Positions 7,393 to 16,370 of a stretch of 53,143 nt of DNA are shown one piece after another (the first letter of the stretch is position 1; each line of letters begins with the position of its first letter). The position numbers were made by a program, and so were the translations under genes. The DNA is from a virus. The notes beneath the pieces are model-generated. The model searched no databases and was not told the origin of the DNA. It saw nothing but the letters and a program-made list of their open reading frames with translations. Location: the IMG/VR virus record IMGVR_UViG_3300045988_065744, one strand, 5' to 3'.

Positions 7393-7523
7393 GGTCCAAC
7401 AGCGCAAAAGTTCGCTAGATTTTAATGCAAATTTTCCATTTCCGGCAGACCCCCGGAAAAAAGTTCCCCGGGGGTCAAAAAAGGCGGGAAGGCAAAAGAT
7501 GATACTCTATGATACTGATTTTC

Positions 7524-7532
7524 TGCTATAAT
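7524..7532 (+). promoter_or_regulatory. Extended -10 promoter (TGCTATAAT), candidate late promoter
   Basis: The same tgctataat element occurs at 6565 and in the repressor promoter. It is preceded by gatactctatgatactgat (tandem gatact). Confidence 0.45.
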
Positions 7533-7555
7533 TGGTACAGTGGATTTTTGACAAA

Positions 7556-7588
7556 GCCCGGCGGCAGCGATGCCGTGGGGCTTTTGTT
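7556..7588 (+). terminator. Leader terminator 1 of the late operon
   Basis: Stem gcccggcggc / gccgtggggc (one mismatch), followed by ttttgtt. Confidence 0.45.
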
Positions 7589-7630
7589 ATACAGAGCTGC
7601 TTACAATTCGTAAGCGACCCGCAAAATATA

Positions 7631-7667
7631 ATGCTCTGCCGGGTGCACCCGGTGGGGCATTTTTTAT
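7631..7667 (+). terminator. Leader terminator 2 of the late operon
   Basis: About 13-bp stem (atgctctgccggg / cccggtggggcat) with tgca loop, followed by ttttttatt. It sits immediately before the terS RBS. Confidence 0.55.
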
Positions 7668-7680
7668 TGGAGGATGCACA

Positions 7681-8436
7681 ATGCCCAGGCGGAGCGACAA
7701 GAAAGATGCCGCCCGCGAAGAATACCTACGCCGTATGCGAGAAGATGGCGCGGTGAATCTTGCGGCGTTGGCAGAAGATATCGGCGTGAACTATGACACG
7801 GTGCGCCGGTGGAAGTCCAAGGAAAAGTGGGACGAGCTGGAAGTGCCGCCAAAAAAGAAACGTGGCGGCCAACCTGGGAACCAGAACGCAGAGGGGAACC
7901 CCGGCGGCGGTGCCCCGCCCAGAAATAAGAACGCCCAGAAACACGGCGGCTATGCAGCGGTGTTCTTCGATCAGCTGACGGATGATGAAAAGTTCATCAT
8001 GGACAAAACGCCGAAGACCGCTGTTAAAGCCCTTCGGGAAGAACTGGGCATTCTGAAAGTTCAGGAAAAAAGAATCCTCAGCCAAATCACAGCGCTGGAA
8101 AACGCGGATCAAGATGAACTATACATCAGCACGCTGCTTGATATGCGAGTGCCGGGAAAGGTAAACGGCGCGAAACAAGACGGTGCAAACCAGAACATGG
8201 GTATGTACTCGAAGGAGAGCGCGTTCACCAGAAAGATGCATTTGCAGGAAGCCTTGAACAAGGTGGAGGGCAGAATCGCAACGATCATCGGAAAGCTACA
8301 GCAGGCAGAAGAAACCGAAGCCCGCATGAAGCTGGAACGTGAGCGGATAGAATTTGCAAAGGCCCGCGCAATTGGCGCGTTCGATGTGCCGGATGAAACG
8401 GAAGAGGATGCAGACAATGACCCTTTACACAAGTAA
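7681..8436 (+). CDS. terS: Terminase small subunit-like protein (N-terminal HTH, YjcR/XtmA type)
   Basis: Start at MPRRSDKK after ttggagga. HTH LAALAEDIGVNYDTVRRWKS and the GN.NA.KHG-type motif GGQPGNQNAEGNPGGGAPPRNKNAQKHGGY. Coiled-coil C-terminus. Confidence 0.7.
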   Translation: MPRRSDKKDAAREEYLRRMREDGAVNLAALAEDIGVNYDTVRRWKSKEKWDELEVPPKKKRGGQPGNQNAEGNPGGGAPPRNKNAQKHGGYAAVFFDQLTDDEKFIMDKTPKTAVKALREELGILKVQEKRILSQITALENADQDELYISTLLDMRVPGKVNGAKQDGANQNMGMYSKESAFTRKMHLQEALNKVEGRIATIIGKLQQAEETEARMKLERERIEFAKARAIGAFDVPDETEEDADNDPLHK

Positions 8437-8914
8437 GGTTGTGGCGCAACACCTGAACCTCACGGAACGCCGTGTGCGGCAGTTGAGGGATGAAGGCGTG
8501 ATCCGGGAAAAAAGACCGGGGCTGTATGACCTGGTGGACACCATGACACGCTACATCAAGTACATTGGCGCAGGGAGCAAAGCTGACCTGAACGATGAAA
8601 GAGCCAAGCTGACCAAAGAAAAAAGAATTGCGGCAGAAACGGAAAACCGGGTAAGGAAGGCTGAACTTCTGGAAGTAGGCGATGTAGAAAAAGCTTACTC
8701 TGCTATGATGATGAACTTTCGTTCCCGTATTCTGGCACTGCCGCAAAAACTGGCACCCGCCGTTGTAGCACTGGAAGGCGATGAACAGCAGGTGCAAGAC
8801 CTGATCCAAGCGGAGCTGGAAGAAGCTTTGGAAACTCTGAGCCACGCCGAAGAAGCGCTGGCAGAACCGGAGGATGGGGCGAATGAAGAAGCGGAAGAAA
8901 AAGACACGGGATAA
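8417..8914 (+). CDS. Second small-terminase-like protein (Nu1-like winged HTH)
   Basis: MTLYTSKVVAQHLNLTERRVRQLRDEGVI... then DLNDERAKLTKEKRIAAETENRVRKAELLEV, which resembles lambda Nu1-family small subunits. The start may be 8408 or 8417. It overlaps the previous gene. Confidence 0.55.
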   Translation: MTLYTSKVVAQHLNLTERRVRQLRDEGVIREKRPGLYDLVDTMTRYIKYIGAGSKADLNDERAKLTKEKRIAAETENRVRKAELLEVGDVEKAYSAMMMNFRSRILALPQKLAPAVVALEGDEQQVQDLIQAELEEALETLSHAEEALAEPEDGANEEAEEKDTG

Positions 8915-8994
8915 AAACCCGTGCACTGGCTGTGAATGGGGGTACGAACTGAATGAGCAGCAGGTGTATTGCCCACTGCCAAGGTGCGTGAACC

Positions 8995-10845
8995 GTGACA
9001 AAGAAAAGAAAGACTGTAGAGGTAGCCCCGGAAGTGAAGGAGCTATTTGCCCGGGTGCTGCTGAAACTGAAACCACCGCCGAAGCTGACAGTCAGCGAGT
9101 GGGCAGATAAGTACAGAAGAATGTCACCGGAAGCCAGCGCGGGAACGGGGCGGTGGCACACAGACAACGCGCCGTATCAGCGCGCCGTGATGGATGCCAT
9201 TGGTGATCCGCATATCCGCATGGTCGTGGTCAAGACATCATCCCAGATCGGAAAGACGGAAATCATCTTAAACACGCTGGGATATGCGATTGACTACACC
9301 CCGGCACCGACACTGGTAATGCAGCCGACGGTAGAAATGGGACAAACCTTTTCCAAGGATCGTCTGGCACCCATGATCCGCGACACCCCAGAATTGCGAA
9401 AAAAGGTCGATGCCAAGAGCCGCTTCTCCGGGAATACGATCATGCAGAAAGCATTTCCGGGTGGACACGTCACCATCGTTGGAGCAAACAGCCCGGCGGG
9501 GCTTGCATCCCGACCGATCAAGTTTGTTCTGGCAGACGAAGTGGACAGATATCCGGCATCGGCTGGCACCGAGGGCGACCCGCTGACGCTGGCAAGAACC
9601 CGCCAGACAACATACTGGGACAAGAAAACGGTGCTGGTTTCCACGCCAACCATCAAGGGCACCAGCAGGATTGAAAAAGCTTGGCTGGAAAGCACGATGG
9701 AAGAGTGGACGGTGCCGTGCCCGGAATGCGGAGAGTATCAACCGCTTGTTTGGGCAAACGTAGTTTTTGATCGGGAGAACTGGCCGCACGGTGGCGTGCA
9801 GTACCGGTGCGAATACTGCGGATGCATTGCCGGTGAATATCGCTGGAAAGCACAGGGCAGGAAGGGAAGGTACGTTGCGCTACACCCGGAACGGGAGGTG
9901 CGCGGATTTCACCTGAATGTCCTTGCGTCCTCTTTCTGTGCATGGAGCGGAATCGTTACAGAGTTTCTATCCGCAAAGGAAGCGCTGGATCACGGCAACC
10001 CTGAACTGATGAAGGCGTGGGTCAACACCAAGTTGGGGGAAACATGGGAAGAGCGCGGCGAGAGTGCGGACGATATGGCACTGTACAGCCGCCGCGAAAT
10101 GTACCCGGCAACTGTACCGGCTGGCGTGCTGGTGCTGACCTGCGGCATCGACGTTCAGGATGATCGTTTCGAGCTGGAACTTGTGGGCTGGGGAGTTGGA
10201 AAGGAAAGCTGGGGCATTCGATATCAGAAGATATATGGCGACCCGCTTAAACCTCAGATTTGGGAAGACCTTGACAAGTTCCTGCAAACCCGCTGGCGAA
10301 GGGAAGACGGCGTGGTGCTGAACATCCTTGCGGCAGCAATGGACACCGGCGGACACCATACGGACGCAGTTTATCGTTTCTGTCTGGAACGCTGGCAGCG
10401 GCACCTTTATGCCATCAAGGGGCGCGGCGGTGTGGAAACAGTGTTCGTGTCGAAGCCGTCAACCGGCAACCGTGTGGGCGTACCGCTGTACACCATCGGT
10501 GTTGATAACGGCAAGACGATGGTGTACCAACGTCTGAACGTTCAGACACCGGGTCCGAACTACTGCCACTTCCCGCTGGATGAAGCGGCAGGGTATGACG
10601 AAACCTACTTCAAAGGCTTAACAGCAGAGAAGCAGGTCGTGCGCTGGAAGAAGGGCAGACCCACGACAGCGTGGGAGCTGAAAGACCCGAACTATCACCG
10701 CAACGAACCGTTGGACTGCCGAGATTACGCACTGGCTGCACTGGAAATTGCAAACCCTGTTTTGGAAGATCCGGACGCGGAAACGGAAATGCCGGTGGTA
10801 CAGCATCCAGCAGGACGAAGAATTGTATCGGGAGGTATTGGATAA
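8995..10845 (+). CDS. terL: Terminase large subunit, lambda GpA family
   Basis: 616 aa, GTG start. LTVSEWADKYRRMSPEASAGTGRWHTDNAPYQRAVMDAIGDPHIRMVVVKTSSQIGKTE parallels the lambda gpA N-terminus and Walker A region. Confidence 0.9.
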   Translation: MTKKRKTVEVAPEVKELFARVLLKLKPPPKLTVSEWADKYRRMSPEASAGTGRWHTDNAPYQRAVMDAIGDPHIRMVVVKTSSQIGKTEIILNTLGYAIDYTPAPTLVMQPTVEMGQTFSKDRLAPMIRDTPELRKKVDAKSRFSGNTIMQKAFPGGHVTIVGANSPAGLASRPIKFVLADEVDRYPASAGTEGDPLTLARTRQTTYWDKKTVLVSTPTIKGTSRIEKAWLESTMEEWTVPCPECGEYQPLVWANVVFDRENWPHGGVQYRCEYCGCIAGEYRWKAQGRKGRYVALHPEREVRGFHLNVLASSFCAWSGIVTEFLSAKEALDHGNPELMKAWVNTKLGETWEERGESADDMALYSRREMYPATVPAGVLVLTCGIDVQDDRFELELVGWGVGKESWGIRYQKIYGDPLKPQIWEDLDKFLQTRWRREDGVVLNILAAAMDTGGHHTDAVYRFCLERWQRHLYAIKGRGGVETVFVSKPSTGNRVGVPLYTIGVDNGKTMVYQRLNVQTPGPNYCHFPLDEAAGYDETYFKGLTAEKQVVRWKKGRPTTAWELKDPNYHRNEPLDCRDYALAALEIANPVLEDPDAETEMPVVQHPAGRRIVSGGIG

Positions 10846-11079
10846 ATGGCAGGAATTACGCTGGAACAGGCAGAAGCAAAACTTCAAACCTGGATGGAAG
10901 CGGAAGAAAAAATCGCCAGCGGACAGGGTTACTCCATTGGCGACCGCCGCCTGACCCGCGCCGACCTTTACACGGTCCGTGGCGAGATCGAATACTGGAA
11001 CAACAAAGTGAAAGAACTGGAAACGGCGGAAACGACTGGAAGAAACAAGATGTACCGGTTTGTGCCGCGTGATATTTGA
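10846..11079 (+). CDS. Head-tail joining protein, gpW-like
   Basis: 77 aa directly after terL. ...GQGYSIGDRRLTRADLYTVRGEIEYW... fits the lambda W family pattern and position. Confidence 0.6.
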   Translation: MAGITLEQAEAKLQTWMEAEEKIASGQGYSIGDRRLTRADLYTVRGEIEYWNNKVKELETAETTGRNKMYRFVPRDI

Positions 11080-11090
11080 CGGAGGGCAGC

Positions 11091-12728
11091 ATGGGCAAAA
11101 TGAACCTCATGGATCGCGCAATTGCCGCTGTTGCCCCGGAACGCGCCCTGCGCCGGGCAGCAGCGCGGGAAAGCCTACGCTTCATCAACTCCGGCTATGG
11201 GAACTACGGCGCGAGTACGACCAAGAAATCCATGCGCGGCTGGCTGTTTGCTGGCGGAAGTGCGAAAGAGGATATCGAAGATAACCTCAAAACGCTGCGC
11301 GAAAGAAGCCGCGACGCTTACATGGGTGTGCCAATCGCAACCGGCGCACTGAAAACGATGCGCACGAATGTTGTTGCAAGCGGCCTGACACCATCACCGC
11401 AGATTGACGCGGACTTTCTGAACATGACACCGGAGCAGGCAAATGACCTGCAAACGCAGATCGTCCGGGAATTTTCACTGTGGGCAGACAGCCCGCTTTG
11501 CGATGCTGACCGGGTGGATAATTTCTACAAGCTACAACAGCTGGCCTTCCTTGCCTACATGATGAACGGTGATGCTTTTGCTGTGCTGCCGATGCGGCAC
11601 AGTGTTGGACAGCCGTATGACCTGCGTGTGCAGCTGATCGAAGCTGACCGGGTGTGCAGCCCGGATCAGGATGACCGGTTGGCGCCGTGTGTGGTGGATA
11701 ACGTGTCCGTGCAAAGCATTGTGCAGGGTGTAGAGACGGACGGCAACGGTATGGTTATTGCTTACTGGATTTGCAATCAGCACCCATTGGCAAGTTTGTA
11801 CGCTCTGCCGGAACCGCTGAAATGGCAGCGTGTGAAAGCCTACGGTGAAACCACAGGACGCAGAAATATCTTGCACATCATGAACCGGGAACGTTCCGGG
11901 CAGCGGCGCGGCGTGCCGCTGCTGGCACCGGTACTGGAAGCGTTGAAACAGCTTGGACGATACACGGATGCTGAGATCACAGCCGCAGTCATTTCGGCGA
12001 TGTTTACGGTGTTTATCACAAAAGATAACCCGTCCATTGGCCGTCCACTGGGCGAGGTGATCCCGCCGAACCAGCAGATCGATGCGGCAGACCGTGGCAC
12101 AATTGAGCTGGGGTCTGGTTCAATCATCGACCTGAACCAAGGCGAGAAGGTGGAGTTTGCAGACCCGAAGCACCCGAACACGGGCTTTGATGCATTCTCT
12201 GCCGCTATCATCAAGCAGATTGCGGCGGCACTGGAAATCCCCAGTGAAGTGCTGATGAAGCAGTTCACGACGAGTTACAGCGCGGCGCGTGGTGCACTGA
12301 ACGAATTTTGGCGCACCTGCGATATGCAAAGAAGCTGGTTTGTGGACGACTTCTGCCAGCCCATCTATGAAGAATGGCTGACGGAAGCTGTTGCGACCGG
12401 ACGAGTAAAAGCGCCGGGTTTCTTTGATGATCCGGCAATCCGAAAAGCGTATACATCCTGCACATGGAATGGACCGGCGCGAACCAACCTGAACCCGGTG
12501 CAGGAAGTAGACGCTGCTGCGAAGCGCGTTGCAGCGGGCTTCTCGACGGCGGATCAGGAAACCGCGACCATGAACGGCGGTAGCTATGCAGCGAACATCC
12601 GCCAGCGCGTCATTGAAGCGAGAATGAAAAAGGAGGTGGACGACATTGCGAATGAGGGAAACACCCCGAAAAGGAACGAACCGAATCGTGAATCAGGCGG
12701 GAACCCCGCAGACCCCAAAAATGAATAA
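11091..12728 (+). CDS. Portal protein, lambda family
   Basis: ATG at 11091 after gacggaggg. About 545 aa, in the lambda gpB position between W and the protease. Confidence 0.85.
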   Translation: MGKMNLMDRAIAAVAPERALRRAAARESLRFINSGYGNYGASTTKKSMRGWLFAGGSAKEDIEDNLKTLRERSRDAYMGVPIATGALKTMRTNVVASGLTPSPQIDADFLNMTPEQANDLQTQIVREFSLWADSPLCDADRVDNFYKLQQLAFLAYMMNGDAFAVLPMRHSVGQPYDLRVQLIEADRVCSPDQDDRLAPCVVDNVSVQSIVQGVETDGNGMVIAYWICNQHPLASLYALPEPLKWQRVKAYGETTGRRNILHIMNRERSGQRRGVPLLAPVLEALKQLGRYTDAEITAAVISAMFTVFITKDNPSIGRPLGEVIPPNQQIDAADRGTIELGSGSIIDLNQGEKVEFADPKHPNTGFDAFSAAIIKQIAAALEIPSEVLMKQFTTSYSAARGALNEFWRTCDMQRSWFVDDFCQPIYEEWLTEAVATGRVKAPGFFDDPAIRKAYTSCTWNGPARTNLNPVQEVDAAAKRVAAGFSTADQETATMNGGSYAANIRQRVIEARMKKEVDDIANEGNTPKRNEPNRESGGNPADPKNE

Positions 12729-13818
12729 CTGTTTCTGGAAGTTCCGCAATCTGGCCGACGGCCAGAAAGCAGAACTTCTGCTTTACGGCAATATTTCCGA
12801 AAGTAGCTGGTGGGGCGATGAAGTTACGCCGAAGCAGTTTGCAGACGATCTTGCCGCGCTGGGCGATGTGCAGGAAATTACGGTGTACATCAACAGCGGT
12901 GGCGGCGACGTGTTCGCTGCGCAGGCCATCGGAAACCAGCTGGAACGGTCGAGCGCGACGGTGACGGTTCACATCGACGGCCTGTGCGCCAGCGCAGCCA
13001 CGATCATTGCCTGCCATGCAGATAAGGTAATTGCGGCGGCGGATAGCTGCTACATGATCCATCCTGCCAGCATGGGCGTCTGCGACTACCTGACAGCAGA
13101 AGATATGCGCGACTGCCTGAAAGCGCTGGACACCATCCGGGAAAACATTGTTACGCTGTATGCCAAGAAAACCGGCAAGAGCACGGATCAGTGCGGCAAG
13201 TGGATGGATGAAACGAACTGGTGGACAGCCGCCGAAGCCAAGGAGAACGGTTTCATCGACGAAGTGGATGATGAAGAACCGGATACAGTTGTCGAAAACA
13301 GAAACGGTGTGCTGTTCGTAAACAGCATCGGGATGGGCCTGCCGTTTGATAAGGCCCCTGATTTTGTAAAAAGCCGCATGGGCAAAAAGCCCGGCGGCTT
13401 TTCTAATTCTGCAAATAATCCGGGAAAGACCGGAACACAGGAGGAAAAAACAATGGCTATCGAAAACAAGAACGACCTGGTGAAGGCGTACCCGGATATG
13501 GTCAACGAGATCAAGAAGGATGCTGCCGTGGATGCCATCAACCGTGAGCGTGCCCGCATCAAGGACATTCAGGACATGACCATGCCTGGCATGGAAAAGA
13601 CCATGCAGGATGCCCTGTACGGTGAGCATCCCATGGATGCCACCCAGTACGCCAAGGAAGTTGCCAAGTTTGCCCGCAAGCAGGCAGAGGACAAGACCAA
13701 AGGCCTGCATGACGACGCACAGAGCGGCGGCGCAAACAGCGTGAACAGCGTTGACCCCGGCAACCAGCAGACAGACATCTATCTGGACGCCCTGCGTGCA
13801 GTCAGCAAGAAGCAGTAA
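12721..13818 (+). CDS. Head maturation protease (ClpP/S14-like) fused to scaffold domain
   Basis: ATGAATAA overlaps the portal stop. ITVYINSGGGDVFAAQAIGNQL...GLCASAATIIACHADKVIAAADSCYMIHPA is a ClpP-type fold with Ser/His motifs. The C-terminal part is helical and acidic. Confidence 0.8.
   Translation: MNNCFWKFRNLADGQKAELLLYGNISESSWWGDEVTPKQFADDLAALGDVQEITVYINSGGGDVFAAQAIGNQLERSSATVTVHIDGLCASAATIIACHADKVIAAADSCYMIHPASMGVCDYLTAEDMRDCLKALDTIRENIVTLYAKKTGKSTDQCGKWMDETNWWTAAEAKENGFIDEVDDEEPDTVVENRNGVLFVNSIGMGLPFDKAPDFVKSRMGKKPGGFSNSANNPGKTGTQEEKTMAIENKNDLVKAYPDMVNEIKKDAAVDAINRERARIKDIQDMTMPGMEKTMQDALYGEHPMDATQYAKEVAKFARKQAEDKTKGLHDDAQSGGANSVNSVDPGNQQTDIYLDALRAVSKKQ
13453..13818 (+). CDS. Nested in-frame scaffold protein (lambda Nu3-like arrangement)
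   Basis: Internal ATG at 13453, in frame with the protease ORF and preceded by a strong RBS caggaggaaaaaaca. 121 aa, helical. Confidence 0.45.
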   Translation: MAIENKNDLVKAYPDMVNEIKKDAAVDAINRERARIKDIQDMTMPGMEKTMQDALYGEHPMDATQYAKEVAKFARKQAEDKTKGLHDDAQSGGANSVNSVDPGNQQTDIYLDALRAVSKKQ

Positions 13819-13830
13819 GGAGGAAGAACC

Positions 13831-14172
13831 ATGAGCATGGATTTGGAGGTCAAAAAGTTTTCCTACTCGCCGGAATACCTGCTGGCGGGCACCGACATCC
13901 GCGTTACCACGGCGGTGAAGAAGGCTGGCGCTGATCTGAAAGTGGGCGCACCGGTCAAGCTGGATAGCAGCACCGGCAAGGTGTCGCCCGTCGGCAAGAG
14001 CGACGGCGTGGCCGCCCTGTACGGCATTGCCACTGAGGACTTCAAGGCTGACGAAGAAGCTGTGATCTATCTGACGGGTGAGTTCTTCGCTGACCGCCTG
14101 GCGCTGGAAACTGGCGTCACCGCCGCTTCTCTGGAAGTGGCATTCCGCAACATCGGCATTTTCCTGAAGTAA
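13831..14172 (+). CDS. Head decoration protein (gpD-like)
   Basis: 113 aa between the protease and the major capsid. The ending ...AVIYLTGEFFADRL... is typical of decoration proteins. Confidence 0.6.
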   Translation: MSMDLEVKKFSYSPEYLLAGTDIRVTTAVKKAGADLKVGAPVKLDSSTGKVSPVGKSDGVAALYGIATEDFKADEEAVIYLTGEFFADRLALETGVTAASLEVAFRNIGIFLK

Positions 14173-14190
14173 AGGAAGGAGGAAGAAAAT

Positions 14191-15252
14191 ATGCCTAATA
14201 CGGTAAGCATTTATGATCCGCGTTATCTGGCAGAGGTTGTGAGATTGGCACCCCCGATCCACACCTTTATGCGTGACAGCTTCTTTACCAACAAGAAGAC
14301 TTCCACGGCAGAGCGCATCGACTTTGATCTGGTGAAGGGCGACCGCCGCATGGCTGCTTTCGTGCATCCCCGCAAGGGCGGCAAGGTTCTGTCTGCCAGC
14401 GGCTATGAAACTCTGAGCTACAAGCCGCCCCTGATTAACCCCTACGACATCACCACGGCAGACCAGCTTATGAGCCGTCTGCCTGGCGAAGAGCTGTACA
14501 GCGGCATGACCCCTGCCCAGCGCGCTGCGCAGAAGCAGATCGAGGAATACAACCGCCTGAACGATGCGGTTGTTCGTAGGGAGGAGTGGATGTGCGCCCA
14601 GGCCATCATGACCGGTCAGATTCCCATTGTCGGCGAAGGCGTGAACGAGATTATCGACTTCGGCTTTACCAACACGAAGAAGCTGACCGGCACCGCGATG
14701 TGGGGTGCTGACAAGGCGGAGATCGTGAAGAACCTGCGTGAGTGGAAACGCGAGGTTTCCAAGAACGGATTCTCCAACGTGGATATGTGCATCATGGGCA
14801 GCAAGGCCCTGGACCTGTTCCTGGATGATCTGGACATCCGCAGCCGTCTGGACACCAAGAACTACGGCTTCGGCGTTATCAACGTGAAGGAACTGCCCAA
14901 TGGCCTGACCTACTACGGCCACCTGAACGACCCGTCCATGGACATCTACTGCTACAATGAGTACTATCTGGACGACTGGACCGACCCGGAGCATCCGGCC
15001 ACGAAGCCCCTGGTGGACCCCAACAAGATCATCCTCATCAACCATGCGCCCAACTTCCTGATGGGCTATGGCCTGTGTACTTACCTGGACGATGCATCCA
15101 AACAGTGGGTCAGCGCTCAGACCGACCGTCTGCTACGCTCCTATGTTGAGCATCACCCTGACCGCCGCCTGATGGAGGTTCAGTCCCACCCGCTGCCCAT
15201 CCCTGATAAGGTGGACAGCTGGATGGTTGTTGAGGTCTGCGCCGCAGACTAA
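14191..15252 (+). CDS. Major capsid protein, lambda gpE family
   Basis: 353 aa. The N-terminus SIYDPRYLAEVVRLAPPIHTFMRDSFF matches the Phage_cap_E pattern. Strong RBS, and a terminator follows. Confidence 0.85.
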   Translation: MPNTVSIYDPRYLAEVVRLAPPIHTFMRDSFFTNKKTSTAERIDFDLVKGDRRMAAFVHPRKGGKVLSASGYETLSYKPPLINPYDITTADQLMSRLPGEELYSGMTPAQRAAQKQIEEYNRLNDAVVRREEWMCAQAIMTGQIPIVGEGVNEIIDFGFTNTKKLTGTAMWGADKAEIVKNLREWKREVSKNGFSNVDMCIMGSKALDLFLDDLDIRSRLDTKNYGFGVINVKELPNGLTYYGHLNDPSMDIYCYNEYYLDDWTDPEHPATKPLVDPNKIILINHAPNFLMGYGLCTYLDDASKQWVSAQTDRLLRSYVEHHPDRRLMEVQSHPLPIPDKVDSWMVVEVCAAD

Positions 15253-15263
15253 AAGCGAAAGCT

Positions 15264-15298
15264 CCCCGCCGCGCTGAACGGCGGGGAATAGCTTTTTT
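15264..15298 (+). terminator. Intrinsic terminator after the major capsid gene
   Basis: Stem ccccgccg (15264-15271) / cggcgggg (15279-15286), followed by a T-run at 15293-15298. Confidence 0.6.
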
Positions 15299-15309
15299 GA
15301 GGAAAGAAA

Positions 15310-15651
15310 ATGTCCAACTTCAAAAAACTGCTGGAAGTGGATATTGATGCCGTGTTTCTGGATGATGATATTTTCGCAGATGAACATACCATCAACGGAC
15401 AGAAGATGAAGGCTGTAATCTCGAATGACACGCTGAAAGAATCCAGCGGACATTGGGAAGGCGGCGTGCGTCAAAGCTACGGTACATCCATCTACTCCAC
15501 AAGCAAAAAGCTGTACGTCAAGGTACAGGACTTCGGCAAGAAACCCAAAATCGGAAACCCAATACAGGTTGATGGAATGGACTTGTTCATCCAAAACTTT
15601 GATGAACAGCAGGGCATATATGTGATAACCATAGATCGGAAACGGCAATGA
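15310..15651 (+). CDS. Putative head-tail connector protein
   Basis: 113 aa. The assignment rests on its position after the capsid gene only. Confidence 0.35.
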   Translation: MSNFKKLLEVDIDAVFLDDDIFADEHTINGQKMKAVISNDTLKESSGHWEGGVRQSYGTSIYSTSKKLYVKVQDFGKKPKIGNPIQVDGMDLFIQNFDEQQGIYVITIDRKRQ

Positions 15652-16370
15652 GCTATACACGATACAATGCAAGTGACCTCTCGATTGAACTGATCGGCGA
15701 GAAGGATGTAGCAAGAGCGCTGGGGAATTGTGGGAAGAAAGCGCCGCTTGTGATCCGCAATGCGGTGAACGAGACGGCAAAGGATGCCCGCAAAGTCATG
15801 ATCCGGGAAGCAAAGAAACGGTATGCCGTCAACGGCGCCGGCCGTCGCCATTTAAACGACTTGAAAATCAGAAAAAGGGCGAAGGTGTCAGACTTGGGCG
15901 CGGAACTGCATATCGGCGGGCCGGGCCAGAAAGATGCTATGAAAAATGACCTGGGCTATTTCAAAACAATCCCGTCAAGACCTTACGTCGGACAGGATGT
16001 TGCGAATGCGCCTGATCTTTTCAAGGCAAAGGTTCTGAAAAACAGCGGAATGAAACCGCTGCCTGGTCAAGGGAATCTGAGCAAAGGATTTTTGGTAGAG
16101 TTCGCAAGTGGGCACGTTGGCATGGTGCAGCGCGTCATTGGTTCCAGCAGCCATAACACGGTCACAAAGAAATCTGGCGCACCGCGCTGGCGGAACAAAG
16201 ATGGCAACGTGGAAACGCTGCAAACCATGGGAAGCCCTTCGGCGGCAGCAATGCACCATGTGATCTGGGAACAGGTTGAGCCGGACGTGCAGGAAACGCT
16301 TGAGAGAAAACTTGAAGCATCCATCCAGAAAACGCTTGCCAGAGAAGCAGCGAGGAAGGGAAAACGGTAA
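15648..16370 (+). CDS. Putative head-tail adaptor / tail completion protein (HK97 gp10-like?)
   Basis: 240 aa, start coupled by ATGA. The assignment is positional. Confidence 0.35.
   Translation: MSYTRYNASDLSIELIGEKDVARALGNCGKKAPLVIRNAVNETAKDARKVMIREAKKRYAVNGAGRRHLNDLKIRKRAKVSDLGAELHIGGPGQKDAMKNDLGYFKTIPSRPYVGQDVANAPDLFKAKVLKNSGMKPLPGQGNLSKGFLVEFASGHVGMVQRVIGSSSHNTVTKKSGAPRWRNKDGNVETLQTMGSPSAAAMHHVIWEQVEPDVQETLERKLEASIQKTLAREAARKGKR

Noticed and set aside
7448-7476. Hairpin gacccccgg-aaaaaagttcc-ccgggggtc as a terminator.
   Set aside because: It is followed by an A-run on the plus strand, and on the minus strand the T-run precedes the stem rather than following it. It therefore does not fit an intrinsic terminator in either direction, and its function is unknown.
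8874-9110. 78-aa ORF with CTGC...C....C bridging the gap between the Nu1-like gene and terL.
   Set aside because: It overlaps terL by 116 nt in another frame, and the terL N-terminus aligns with the lambda gpA layout from the GTG at 8995. Only the 80-bp gap is unexplained, so a short real peptide cannot be excluded, but support is weak.
12610-15045. Very long minus-strand ORFs antisense to structural genes: 12610-15045 (811 aa), 16798-18618 (606 aa), 21502-22641, 32123-33184, 33305-34120 and 24007-24744.
   Set aside because: They are shadow frames of high-GC coding sequence. Their composition is low-complexity and rich in Arg/His/Ala/Gly, they have no RBS, and every one is fully covered by a plus-strand gene with clear phage motifs and operon coupling.
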